Positions 41,704 to 52,403 of a stretch of DNA of 64,000 nucleotides are shown here, piece after piece (the stretch's first letter is position 1; each line of letters starts with the position of its first letter). A program made the translations under genes and the position numbers. The DNA is from Bacteroidota bacterium (GTDB lineage Bacteria; Bacteroidota; Bacteroidia; AKYH767-A; 2013-40CM-41-45): assembly GCA_016720655.1 (NCBI GenBank), contig JADKKE010000010.1, positions 69,042-133,041 on the forward strand, written 5' to 3'. Under the pieces are notes generated by a model. The model ran no database searches and had not been told where the DNA came from. It was given only the letters and a program-made list of their open reading frames with translations.

Positions 41704-42292
41704 TTGAAGCAATTCAAAATGCACAAGCTCCAGAAAGATTGTACAGTGAAGTTCCTTGAAGGGTTAGAATTTGCTAGCACAAATGATAGAACATTCATCG
41801 GTATATTAAAAGAATTAGGCTTTTTGGATACCAATAATGTTCCGACAAAAAGATATTATGAATTTTTGGATAAAGATGTCGCTCCTGGGGTTTTAGCAGA
41901 GGGGATTAGAGAAATGTTTTCTGATTTGTTTGCAATTAAAAAGGATGCTCAGAAAAATGAATCAAACGGAGGTGTATAATAAATTGCGCACTCTTTATGC
42001 TGGCAAAAAGAAAACAGATAATCTTATAAAATTAATTGCATCAAATTTTGTAGCCTTATGCAATCTTGCTGATTTTGATAGGAGCACGTCAGAAACATCT
42101 AAAGGAGATGGTAAAGAAAAACCTGAACAACCCACGGATAAACCCAAAGAGTTTCAAGAGGATTTGGCACCAAATCGGAAGCACAAGAAACTGGATATTG
42201 ATGGATTACAATATCATATAAATATTGTCCTTCCTGATACAAAAGATCAGGCTGTTTACGATGCAATTTTAAAAGTCTTCGAGACCATTTAG
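41704..42292 (+). CDS. Hypothetical protein of about 195 aa, apparently frameshifted near 41930..41980
   Basis: Two overlapping ORFs read as one sensible sequence across the overlap (..IKKDAQKN / EVYNKLRTLYAGKKK..). It is the first gene of the AT-rich island. Confidence 0.35.
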
Positions 42293-42301
42293 GATAAAAA
42301 T

Positions 42302-42871
42302 ATGGAGGAACTATACAATTTTGTTTACCGCGGTCTGCTCACAGATGAGAGTTTAGATAAGGCTAGGTAGAAAGAACCTTTCAAAGTTTGGAAAGAAGAA
42401 GAACACTCTCTTATGAAGGCTCTATCATTTGAGATGCTCGATGACGACAACATTCAAAAAGCAAGACAAATGTCTATTGTTTATATAGCATTACATTCTT
42501 TTGAAAATTCAGTCCGGAATTAGTTAAGTCTGCAATGGCAGAGAAGTTTCTTGAGACTTGGTGGGAAAAAAAGTTCCTGAGAGAATTAAATCGAAGGTAA
42601 AACAAGACAGGAAGAAGATTCAAAATTCAGGTGGCATGGGAGCAGAGGAACTGAAGAAATAATGTACTGCGATTTCGGAGATTTATCCTCTATCATAGTT
42701 GTAAATTGGGATCTATTTAAAGATATTTTGGCAGACATGGAGTGGACAAAGGCTGTTCTTTCAACTTTAGAAAGATCTCGTAATATAATTATGCATGGCG
42801 GAATTGTAACCCGAGAGGACATGGAAAGAATAGGAATAAATATTAGAGCTTGGGTAAGACAAACGGGATAA
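42302..42871 (+). pseudogene. Swt1-like HEPN domain gene (predicted RNase), broken by three or more frameshifts/stops
   Basis: The reconstructed sequence reads ..LHSFENSVRN / LVKSAMAEKFLETWWEKK / VPERIKSKVKQDRKK... / YCDFGDLSSIIVVNWDLFKDIL...LERSRNIIMHGG. It has the R-x4-H HEPN motif and FGDL..II..NW..F typical of the Swt1-like HEPN family. Confidence 0.55.
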
Positions 42872-43045
42872 AAGCAAGCGAATAACAGCACATTTGCAAT
42901 AGTCTGGCATTCATGCACTGCTGACTATTTGTGGTTTTAAAAAGGTCAGTGCTCCGCATGAACATTTGTGATAAAAAGCCTGCCCATCGCAAATCTGCAA
43001 CCCGTTGGCTCAGTACGAACTAACTACAATACTTAAATTATCCTT

Positions 43046-43264
43046 ATGAATAGCAAACGAAAAGCAGAAATCAGAGATGCTATACTTCAGAAATTCATCG
43101 GAAATCAAACATTTGAGTGGAAAGACATTAAAGAAGGAGAATGGTACTCAAACATCGACGAGAGTTATTACGTTATTGAAAATCAAATTAAACATTTAAT
43201 CGGTCAAGAGCATCTAAAAATGAGGAGCACCCAATTGGTGAACACCATTATTTTAGAGGAATAA
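43046..43264 (+). CDS. Hypothetical small protein
   Basis: ORF only. It lies in the AT-rich island. Confidence 0.3.
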   Translation: MNSKRKAEIRDAILQKFIGNQTFEWKDIKEGEWYSNIDESYYVIENQIKHLIGQEHLKMRSTQLVNTIILEE

Positions 43265-43363
43265 ATTTAACAGAAAAGGGTTGGAGCATTTTGTCTGACA
43301 TAAAAGAGTGAAGGGTATGTTGCACAACTTCGCAAAAGAAGGCGGAAAGTAATATGGTCTGTC

Positions 43364-43660
43364 GTGGTTGGTATTATTACCATACTTACATTTTTGTTGA
43401 TGATCCGGAGAGATTTCTTTGATAGTACATCAACATTAAAATCTGATCCAAAGCCAATTTCAACTCCTACGATCAAAACGGATAGTGTTAAGCCCGTCAC
43501 ATTAATTAATGGTAAAGAACAAACCAGCTTTACTCACCAAGATAGTATTGAATACCTTGCAATCGATGACTTATACTTTGGTAAAATGCAAACGGAGAAT
43601 AGTAGCTTTCTAGTATTGCTGGAATTACCTTGGCCAAATAGTAACTCACGGGAATTATAA
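43364..43660 (+). CDS. Hypothetical small membrane-anchored protein
   Basis: N-terminal TM segment (MVGIITILTFLLMI). Confidence 0.3.
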   Translation: MVGIITILTFLLMIRRDFFDSTSTLKSDPKPISTPTIKTDSVKPVTLINGKEQTSFTHQDSIEYLAIDDLYFGKMQTENSSFLVLLELPWPNSNSREL

Positions 43661-43703
43661 GTATTCTTTATCACATTGTTATGATATCGGCGATACTATT
43701 CAA

Positions 43704-43958
43704 ATGAATCTTAGCTATCAAGCTCCTCCTCTTGAACGCCTTATTAGTGTAATTTGTTCCGAATACGGAAAAACTTTGTCTATAAACAAAGCGACATATA
43801 AATGGGCTACGCCTTACAAGAAAATTAAGGTTGAGTTTCTTTCAAAGGACAAATGTATTACATTGGATATAATTAATAATAAATTAGAAAATGAGAATAG
43901 ACTAAAACAAGAAAAAGAAAATGCCCAAATGCTTAAAGACGATATTAAAAAACTTTAG
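43704..43958 (+). CDS. Hypothetical small protein
   Basis: ORF only. Confidence 0.3.
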   Translation: MNLSYQAPPLERLISVICSEYGKTLSINKATYKWATPYKKIKVEFLSKDKCITLDIINNKLENENRLKQEKENAQMLKDDIKKL

Positions 43959-44222
43959 CAGGACCTGGTTGTATTTGATGCCGGAATGCGCATAACATAA
44001 AGATTAAACGCAATATTTTTGGAGTGGGCGGGCTCGCGTAAGCTAGCGCAGGCGTCCGTGATGCTTCGCACTAGTTTACGTCCGCCCTATCCACACTTTG
44101 TAAACTATTCGGTACATTTGAGTGTGTAGTGACTGATCTCCCAAAAATACTCCGTTAATCTATTCTACGTTTGCGCAACTTCTTCGCGACTTAAGAAATT
44201 TCAACATTATTGATAGAACCAA

Positions 44223-45157
44223 ATGAGTCTAGTCGTTTGCAAAGTTATTAACGATAAAATATACATTGAATCAGATTCAAGAATCACGGATATTGATGAG
44301 GGTAGGAAAAAGGAATCAATTTATGGGGTCCTTAAAGCTATCATTGTCCATCCACGAATATGTATTTCATTTGCTGGATCGATTTACTTGGCAGAAAAAG
44401 CTGTAAGAGAAATTTATAATCAAAAAAGTGTATCGTCACAATATTTGATAGACACCTTACTAAAATACAACTCTGATGGAAATAGAGTTGTATTTACTTT
44501 GTGTACATTAAGAAATAATAAACCGAAATTACAAAAATCGCAAATAATAATGTTGAAACCGGTTTGACTTCTGCTTGGATTGGTGACATCGATGGATTTA
44601 GTGAATTCCAAAAACAATTTCATGAACTTATAAGAAAGAAACAACCAGAAAAAGAATCTTTGACGCAGGCCTTTTCAAGAGTAATTGAAAATCCCAATAT
44701 TCCTACCATTGCAGATTTTCAAGTGAGCACGATTACAGAAACAGGTCCATATGGCGACCGCTTCTTTCGTTACTTTGAGAAATTTACTTTAACCCTTGGC
44801 AGATCACAGACGATAACACTAAAACCTCATGAGAATTCTTCATCGAACGAGAATCATTCCATTGCTAATTCCCATATAATCAACTGGGGATCTGCGGCAG
44901 ATGGCTCATACGGAGTCTGCTATTTCGTTTCAGTTACGCCAGTCATTAATGCTATTGCGTATTACTTTGCACATGGAAATTTTGGAGTTTTATTCTGCCC
45001 TAAATTGAGTTTTGAAGGAATAGTGATCAGGAACATGGACAACATCAAGTTTTTAGAATTTATAAAATCGAAATATAACATTCCTCTAAGAGGATTCATG
45101 TTACGAGATAATTCCGCAGTTCAACTTATAGATATGCGGTTTCCCGCCAAAACTTAG
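44223..45157 (+). CDS. Hypothetical protein(s): two ORFs overlapping by 4 bp at 44564, possibly a single gene of about 310 aa with a frameshift, or a coupled pair
   Basis: ORFs 44223..44567 and 44564..45157 (the latter with a TTG start). No recognisable domain. Confidence 0.35.
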
Positions 45158-45185
45158 TCCATAAAACACTGTCGAATTTGCCTTG

Positions 45186-45420
45186 TTTGCCGCAGTGGAA
45201 GGAGGATATATCTTATGCTAGCTCGGAGCTGCTATTATTTCCCAAATTTATCTATACCCGCCACGCCGGATATGTCCCCAGTTAAAAGTTAACAGCTGTG
45301 AAGGATAAGACCCCAGTTAAAAGTTCGCACCCGCTGCGCAGGATATGACTCCAGTTAAAAGTTCAAAGCTGAGAAGGATGCTAACGCTGCGAAGGATCTC
45401 CAAGCCAAAACTTTTACCTC
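45186..45420. repeat. Island repeat array A: 5-6 tandem degenerate units (gctgYgMaggatatgaccccagttaaaagtt..., about 18-38 bp)
   Basis: Read directly. It ends with the variant gctgcgaaggatctccaagcc. Confidence 0.85.
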
Positions 45421-46446
45421 CACTCGTTTGTCATAATTCGAAAATGTTATGCAGCCAAAGACTGAGATCAACCTTATTTAGTACCAGTTTTACTCAACTG
45501 TAATAGCTGATATCTTAAAGCTGTTGATGGTGGATCCTCGGTGGACATTCATCTTGACCTTTTGTTGTACAGACTATTTAGGAAACCCATTAACAATCAA
45601 TGGAATCAAAATAAAAAATGGGAAAAATGAGTATAAGAAGTTCGTTAGCACCTATCTGACTAAAGTCAACAATAACTACAGGGACTTCATAACCAACTAT
45701 ATGCTATCCGGTGCTCGTTAGTGCATACATATGGTGAGTCTGATGCATCACGGCAAAACAGATTACACCACAACTTATATTTGGGGATCCTATAAGTTAT
45801 CATTTAAGTTTTGATATAAGAGATATCAATCTGGACATTAGCCTTTCGGACTTTATCAGTGAATTAATAGCAGCTATTCATTTGTTTTTTATGAGATTTT
45901 CTGCTATAAATTCAGACTGGTCGCTAAAATTATATTATCCTCAAAACCTAAAAGTATAATTGGAAAGACAATCAATTAAACTAGGAAATCCTATAATTTA
46001 CAAATCAATTCATCCATCTCTGGAAATTCTTGACAAAGATAATGACATAAGTCTTATTTGTAAGTTCATTAAAAATGAAATTGAAGAAGAAATCTATAGA
46101 CATTAAAAATATAAAAGATATCTTGTTACGCAAATTTCGCAACAACAGTGAACGATTGACTCTTGTCATCGTAGAAATAATGAAATCTCAAATCAACCCT
46201 GTGATTTATCAAAACATGAAATCAAAGTTGTAGAAAGTATTAAAAACTAAATTATCAAGTATCAAATGGACATAATTAACCCATACGAGAAAATTTATTT
46301 CGCAAAGTCCATCCTAAAAGGGATAATGTTTTATTATGAACAACTAGATAAAATTAATAAGTCAATTACATTGAAAAGAATTTTCCAATCAAAAGAAAAG
46401 ATGTCCAGTAGCAATTAATTTTCTTAATGCAATTCCTGAAGATGAC

Positions 46447-47313
46447 ATGCTCAACAATTTTTCTCAAAGTCATCCGCAATTGCAATCAGCAATGGAACGG
46501 ATTGATTTTTATTCAAACCTAAGTGTTGCTGAATTATCATATAATGAAATGCATATCATAATATATCTTGACCATTTACTTTTCAGTGCAATAAACATTA
46601 TGTTTTTTAAAGTAAAAATAGAAATTCCAAAAGCCATAAAAGATTTGTCAATAGATGAGAAGATAAAATATTTGATTGAAAATAAATACTACTACCTCCA
46701 AAATGAAAGCCCTTTCGCACGATGTTCATTTCCGCAAGCAGTAGCCTATTGTGATTCAGAAATTGAAAAGTTCAAAGAACTTCGTGCATCAGATTGAAAT
46801 AAATCCGATTACGGCAGAGATAAATAAAATGGTAGAACAATATCTATTTTTGGTTCAAGATAACATACAGGGCAATCAACTTATTTCACCACTTATTGAA
46901 CAAAAGTTTCCAGAGTTTATTGCAAAACTCAAACGAATGCTCTTGGATTCCTAGTTTCTTTGATATTACAGAAGCAGATAAAGAAAGAACATTTCATGTT
47001 TTTGTTCTTGGTGTTTTGCAGGGGAGAATTGAAGGTTACAATATTTCTTCAAATAAGGAATCAGGAGTTGGGCGATACGACATTGCCCTCACTCCAATTG
47101 AATTGAAGAATCCGAGTATTAATTGAAATAAAGAAAAGAGAAAAAGACAAAGCAAATATTGAAAACGAATTGGATGAAGCACTCAATCAGATTGAAAAAA
47201 AACTATATTTTACTGAAATGAGAAATATAGGCGTGCAAACGATTTTAAATGTTGCAATAGTGTTTGAGGGTCTAGAGCCGCATATCAAGTATAATAAATT
47301 TATTCATCACTAA
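46447..47313 (+). pseudogene. C-terminal part of a gene of the AAA-ATPase-like/PD-(D/E)XK (DUF1703-type) family, frameshifted, with the N-terminal ATPase region missing
   Basis: Three overlapping ORFs plus an extension. The motifs are ..FHVFVLGVLQGRIEGYNISSNKESGVGRYDIALTP and, after a frameshift, LIEIKKREKDKAN...LDEALNQIEKKLY, which together give GR.DI...IE.K. Confidence 0.5.
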
Positions 47314-47329
47314 GTAAAAAAGAAATTTC

Positions 47330-47425
47330 TCCAGCTGCGCAGAATATGTCTCGCTCTGCAGGATATGTCCATCTAAAAGCTCACCACTGCGAAGGATGCA
47401 AACCGCTGCGAAGGATATGACCTAT
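47330..47425. repeat. Island repeat array B (4 units, gctgcgcagaatatg.. / ctgcgaaggatgcaaac / cgctgcgaaggatatgacc)
   Basis: Read directly. Confidence 0.85.
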
Positions 47426-47452
47426 TCTGAACAGAATGATGTGTGAAAGCCG

Positions 47453-48061
47453 GTGTGTGAGATCATCCCGAACAAAATAATTATGAAAGAAATAAGTGAC
47501 TATAAACTGATAAGAGATGTTATAGTCATGCAACTTCAGAATTGGATGAAGGAACAAGGAGTTCATTCAAAAACTGAAATTGTTAAACTAATAAGACACA
47601 GATTTGAAAACAGGTATTTAAAACATATAAAATCTGTTGACAGCGGCTTTTTAATCATGGCTGTCTCCTGTTTCGTCATAGAGACATTGCAATCATTTAG
47701 GGAAGGTGTACCTGACACTAATGGAATGGGACCGAGAATGTTTAAGAACTTTTTCAATAATGAACAAGACAATTTCCCTGACTTTAATGAAGGAATATCG
47801 GTTGAATTTTATAAACACATAAGATGCGGAATTCTGCATCAATCAGAAACGACAAATGGCTGGAGAGTGCTTAGAAAAGGCAAACTACTTGACGAAACAG
47901 AATTTTCACTTAACGCAGAACTGTTTCTTGAATCGCTTAACAAAAGCGTGAATAAATATTTAAACGAGTTAGCTAATTCAGACTTCAATTCTAACCTATG
48001 GAAAAATGCATTTATCAAGTTGAAAGATATTTGCGAAAATTGTCACAGAAAAACTGTATGA
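47453..48061 (+). CDS. Hypothetical protein of 202 aa with a possible HEPN-like R-x4-H motif (RCGILH)
   Basis: Clean ORF between two repeat arrays. The motif match is weak. Confidence 0.35.
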   Translation: MCEIIPNKIIMKEISDYKLIRDVIVMQLQNWMKEQGVHSKTEIVKLIRHRFENRYLKHIKSVDSGFLIMAVSCFVIETLQSFREGVPDTNGMGPRMFKNFFNNEQDNFPDFNEGISVEFYKHIRCGILHQSETTNGWRVLRKGKLLDETEFSLNAELFLESLNKSVNKYLNELANSDFNSNLWKNAFIKLKDICENCHRKTV

Positions 48062-48089
48062 TACGAAATGACGATAGCAAGGAGCTGTT

Positions 48090-48205
48090 ATACTTACAGC
48101 TGCAGGAAGGATCTCATGATCCCCACCATCGCTGCGAAGGATCTCCAAGATCCTTTGCTCTTAAATTGTGTGATATTCATCCACTGATCAATGCTTTTCA
48201 GATCT
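48090..48205. repeat. Island repeat array C (2 units) ending in the terminal variant cgctgcgaaggatctccaagatcctttgctcttaaattgtgtgatattca
   Basis: The tail shares about 50 bp with array G at 56700..56745 and contains the palindrome aaggatc-tccaa-gatcctt. Confidence 0.85.
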
Positions 48206-48229
48206 GCTAATGCGTACCGGTTTTTAAAA

Positions 48230-48450
48230 GGGTGAATTACCACGGTGTGCTGTATGTTGTGTGAAAACCCGTGCACAAGGTTATTCCGCCTCTGGAGGCC
48301 GGTAGCTCCCTTTCATGACATCACCTTCAGGTATACTTGGTTCAAAGTGGCTTCGCAAATGGTGGCAATCCATCTCCTCAAGACATCAGATTATCGGTAT
48401 TAATATTTTCCGGGGGAGTTTCATATTTACTTGTTAGCGGCAATTTAGAA
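48230..48450 (+). repeat. Conserved element of about 200 bp, copy 1 (ttgtgtg...cgtgcacaaggttattccgcctctggaggccggtagctccc..tcatgacatcac..tcaggta..ttgg.tcaaagtggcttcg.aaatgg.ggca)
   Basis: About 85% identical to 55570..55790 on the same strand, and it contains a cctc(c/t)ggagg palindrome. It lies upstream of the Abi-alpha-like gene. Confidence 0.75.
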
Positions 48451-48478
48451 AGACACACACAATTTAACGAGATACAAA

Positions 48479-49276
48479 ATGAGCGAACAAAACAAAGAAC
48501 CAAGCGAAAACAAAGTAAGTGAAACAATCAATGCTGTTACAGGGCTTGTGAAAACAGTTCCGGTCTATACTGATACAATTCAACCTGCAGCCAAAGAAAT
48601 TGGAAAGACTCTTGAGACAGTAGCAAAAACAGTTAATGTAGCACTCTTTCCTTTAAAAGCATTAGTTTGGAGTTTTGAAAAACTTCAAATTTTTATTGAC
48701 ACGAAAGTATCTGAAAAATTAAAGAACACTCCTGAAAGTGAAATTAAAACTCCAAATCAAAATATGGTAGTTCCATTTGTGATTATCATGTCTGGTGATG
48801 AACCTGAACTGCAAGAACTCTTCGCGAATTTAATTGCATCTTCAATGGACAATCACACTTCTAATTTTGTTCATCCTAGTTTTGTGGAAACCATAAAACA
48901 ATTAACACCAGATGAAGCAAAAATATTAAGATACATTTCTAAAGAGGCAAATCTTCCTACCACCATTGCAATTCGGAGTGAATCAAGTAATCTGCAAGAA
49001 GGTGGTTGGGATATGTATAGACACGTTTCTCTTTTCGGTGAAAAAGCATTTTGTGTAAACCCTCATTTAACTTCTGTGGCACTTGACAACTTTATAAGAC
49101 TTGGTATTATTGAAATACGTAAAGATTATTCTTATACAGAAAAGAAAATATACTCGGAACTAATGGACGACAAAGAAGTGAAGGAGGTCATAGAAAATAT
49201 TAACAAAACCGAAGGCAGAAAAGTTAGAATCGTTGAAGAAATGGTTATCATTACTGACTTCGGCGCCAATTCATAA
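48479..49276 (+). CDS. Abi-alpha-like (DUF4393) abortive-infection family protein
   Basis: 265 aa. VPFVIIMSGDEPELQELFANLIASSMD...HPSFVETIKQLTPDEAKILRYI resembles the Abi-alpha family as I recall it. It sits in a defence-type island. Confidence 0.45.
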   Translation: MSEQNKEPSENKVSETINAVTGLVKTVPVYTDTIQPAAKEIGKTLETVAKTVNVALFPLKALVWSFEKLQIFIDTKVSEKLKNTPESEIKTPNQNMVVPFVIIMSGDEPELQELFANLIASSMDNHTSNFVHPSFVETIKQLTPDEAKILRYISKEANLPTTIAIRSESSNLQEGGWDMYRHVSLFGEKAFCVNPHLTSVALDNFIRLGIIEIRKDYSYTEKKIYSELMDDKEVKEVIENINKTEGRKVRIVEEMVIITDFGANS

Positions 49277-49309
49277 ACATTTGCGTAACAGACCACATTG
49301 AATACAGAA

Positions 49310-49440
49310 AATAACTGCAGCTAACATCCCCGCTGCGAAGGATAACCTGCCCGTTAAAGTATGCAACCCGCTGCGCAGGATATTACCTCTGTTAAAAGTT
49401 TCCAGCTGCAAGATATGTAATAGCTCGGGGGAAAGTTCTT
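49310..49440. repeat. Island repeat array D (3 units)
   Basis: cgctgcgaaggataacctgcccgttaaagtatgcaac / ccgctgcgcaggatattacctctgttaaaagtttcca / gctgcaagatatg. Confidence 0.85.
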
Positions 49441-50034
49441 GAATTGCCTGTGCGCAAGCTGATCCAACAGCGGAGGTAGGTGGCGATATTAGTATGCAAG
49501 CAAAGGTAATGGCGGAATAAGCAAATACACAATACCGCCCACAACATTTCCAAGCAATGGTTACTGCTTTGTGGCAGATAAGCAATTCGATAGTTTTTAA
49601 TTGTTTTACTAATAATCGACAACAAAAAAGAACAGGAGAAATTATTGTTTAATGCGTATTCAGAACATACCAAAAGTCCTTCTATGGCTTAAAAGGTTAT
49701 GTTTACAGAGTACCTCCACTACTTTTGAATAATGATGGATTAAGAAATTACTTTGTTAGTTGTAATCAAGCTCATGATATCCTAAAGTACTTTGCTTTTT
49801 CGATTGCTTTTCAAGTATTAATCACACTGATTAACAAAATGTTAACTGGATTAATTACAGTGCAGCTTACAAGAATGCTGAAGAAAGAAAGATTTGGGAA
49901 AAGGATGCCGACACCATATCAACTTGGTCTTTAATCGATTTTGTAGTTGAGCATCCTGGCACTTTACTATTTGGTATATCGACATGTATTGTTCGATGTT
50001 TACTTTCCGAAGGCACTGCCACTGTTTTAATACA

Positions 50035-50115
50035 ATTTAAGAAAGTTGAACCCCTGCTACGCAGGATATGACCCCGCTAAAAGTTCAGGCTGCAAAGGAT
50101 CTCATGATCCTTTTC
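50035..50115. repeat. Island repeat array E (2 units, the second being the ggatctcatgatcc variant)
   Basis: Read directly. Confidence 0.8.
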
Positions 50116-50604
50116 CATTCGGTGGTGTGATTTACAATCTACAGTTCTGGGCTTATAAAAGCACTTTTGGTGTCCAATAGTTCAGAAAATCAGGTGTGTT
50201 TACGGTCCTTATCGGAGGAATAAGGCAATCTACTTCGAACAGGGCTTCTTTATCATAGTAATTCCCGGGCGGAGCTGAGTGAACAGCGGCGGAGATGGGA
50301 AATGTGCTTCACTAGAACGGATAAAAGCATGATGCTATGAATATTAGATTTCATGTTTTTCGGTAGGGTGGAAGGTTTTATTGATTAGCTGGAATGGAAT
50401 CAAAATAGTGTCTCCTTACGTTATATTTGATTCAAAGAGAAGCGTTGGCAGGAATATTCTGGCTAATGCAGGCATATACTATCGAAGATCTTATATTATT
50501 GCAATCTGCATTTGTACTCAAAAGAAAATTCTAAGGCGTTCACACTTGCGATATTTTTTTCAGTTTGATTCTACACCACAAATGAAACATCTGGCCTATT
50601 AGGA

Positions 50605-51650
50605 TTGCTTCTTTGTTTCGCTCTTCAGACAAGCGCGCAAATTTTCAGTAAAGAATTTGGCGATATTAATGATACGGTTCAGATATCGGACATCCTTATT
50701 ACAAAAGATTCAAACATTGCCGTCTTTGCACGTTGCGCCCGAAATCCACTTGATGAACTTCTGTTCATCAAATTGGACACTCTGGGGGATACCTTAATGA
50801 CAAAACGATATTCAAATGCTAACAACTTGTTATTGTTTCTGTGGAGCAATCGAAATTTAGACAGTTCATTTTATGTAGTGATGACCAAAACAGATTCTGC
50901 GTTCCCATCGAATCTTGATAAAACGGTCAAATTATATGCCGAAGAGTGTTTATTTTCTGACTGACACAGTAATGGAATTTATGGAAACTCAAATTGGTGA
51001 TCGAGATTCACTTTTGTTCTTTGCAGGAGTGCATATAAAAGTTATTTGTTGAAGATGGACATTCAGGGAAACATTGTCAAGGAGATATTCTTTGGCAGTG
51101 ATGCGTTACACAGTTCCTATAACAGTCCTGAAATAGTGAATTTTATTGTTGATAGAAATCACAATATCATTTGTACGGGAATGGAGGGGGAAGTACATAT
51201 CCCGGAACATTGTTGCAAAGCACCTTCTCGTTAAATTAAATTCAAATGGCGATATTTCGTGGACTTTCTGCAATGCTCTCGCATACGAAGTTTATAACAG
51301 AAGTGGAAGAAAGTTCAGCTGGAGAATATTGGATAATTTCTAAATATTGGTGGATGGGGTCGGAAAGTGCTTCTATAAATATTGTAGATACGAATGGTAC
51401 ATATCTCTGCAGCATATACGGCCCTGGTGATGTCGCGACTACCCACTCCGCTTATTCATTGGCCGACAGCAATCTTGTTTTTACCGGTCGTGTCAATGGT
51501 AACCGGGCTTTCAGAATGGAAGTGAATTCTTCCCGGACGATCATCAATTATAAAATAGGGAATGCGCAGATCGCAACAGAAGCCGTCTTAAACGGAGATC
51601 GAGCAATTTTTGGATCATCGCATACACTCGCTATGGTTGATACACATTAA
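50605..51650 (+). pseudogene. Beta-propeller repeat protein gene, fragmented over four overlapping ORFs
   Basis: A repeated motif of about 50 aa (..DTLGDTLMTKRY.., ..DIQGNIVKEIFFGS.., ..LNSNGDISWTF..) is shared with the minus-strand pseudogenes at 52.4-55.4 kb. A signal-like N-terminus (MLLCFALQTSAQ) is present. Confidence 0.4.
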
Positions 51651-52139
51651 GAGCAATTGCTTCCTGAAGATTCAATAGTCTTAAACCCGACTGTCAACCC
51701 CGGATCTGGGCCGATAATTCGTATTTGGAAATTGTACGGGGACAAATCCAGTTTTTATCAACAAGCACGCCATGGAATTGTTCATCCGGAATCACTATGG
51801 ACAATGGCTGTATTTCTTTAGAACAGAGCAGTTGGAGATGAAGGAGTATTTACTTTTTCCAAATCCCGCAACTGGCAGTTAAATTTCAACAGGAAAACCT
51901 CGCCTTCGGAGCTGTTTTACCTTGTACGACGCACATTCAAATTTGATGGTCAAAGTTTCGAATCCAACCACAAAAAACAATAATATTATTCAACGCCGAT
52001 TATTTTTCATCCGGAATGTATTTTGCCAATTTTGTCACGAGTGTGGAAGCTTGTATTCCGGAAAAGTCATCTTATACATTGAATTAAAGGAAATTTGAGG
52101 CAATACCCGCTCCGCAGATGTGTCTATCTTTTTTTAACC

Positions 52140-52260
52140 ACAGAGGGTCCATGAGATTGTAGATTGTAGAATGCTGATTGTAGATTGTAGATTGTAGATT
52201 GCTGATTGGTGATTTTAAATTGCTGATTGTAGATTTAAGAACTTCTCTGTGCTGCTCGGT
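52140..52260. repeat. Tandem repeat of approximately gattgtagatt / gattgctgatt units, about 9 copies
   Basis: Read directly. It is C-poor on the plus strand. Confidence 0.85.
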
Positions 52261-52403
52261 GTTTAAAAATGCATCCATTTAAAATTAAGCACTTTTAAAA
52301 AAAAATCAAGTCATTCAACATCACTAGGGATGCAGATTCATCAATGGTGTTGATTGAGTTAAGGAAATTTCTACAATCGAAATTAAATAAATGCTTCAGC
52401 CCA

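Noticed and set aside
44020-44150. tRNA or tmRNA fragment as an island attachment site
   Set aside because: There is no T-loop (GGTTCGAAT-like) or acceptor/anticodon geometry, and no CCA-end tmRNA signature.
48337-48522. 61-aa ORF over the 200 bp conserved element (the second copy has a 63-aa ORF at 55578..55769)
   Set aside because: The two ORFs are in different frames relative to the conserved nucleotide sequence, so the conservation is at the DNA/RNA level and not the protein level.
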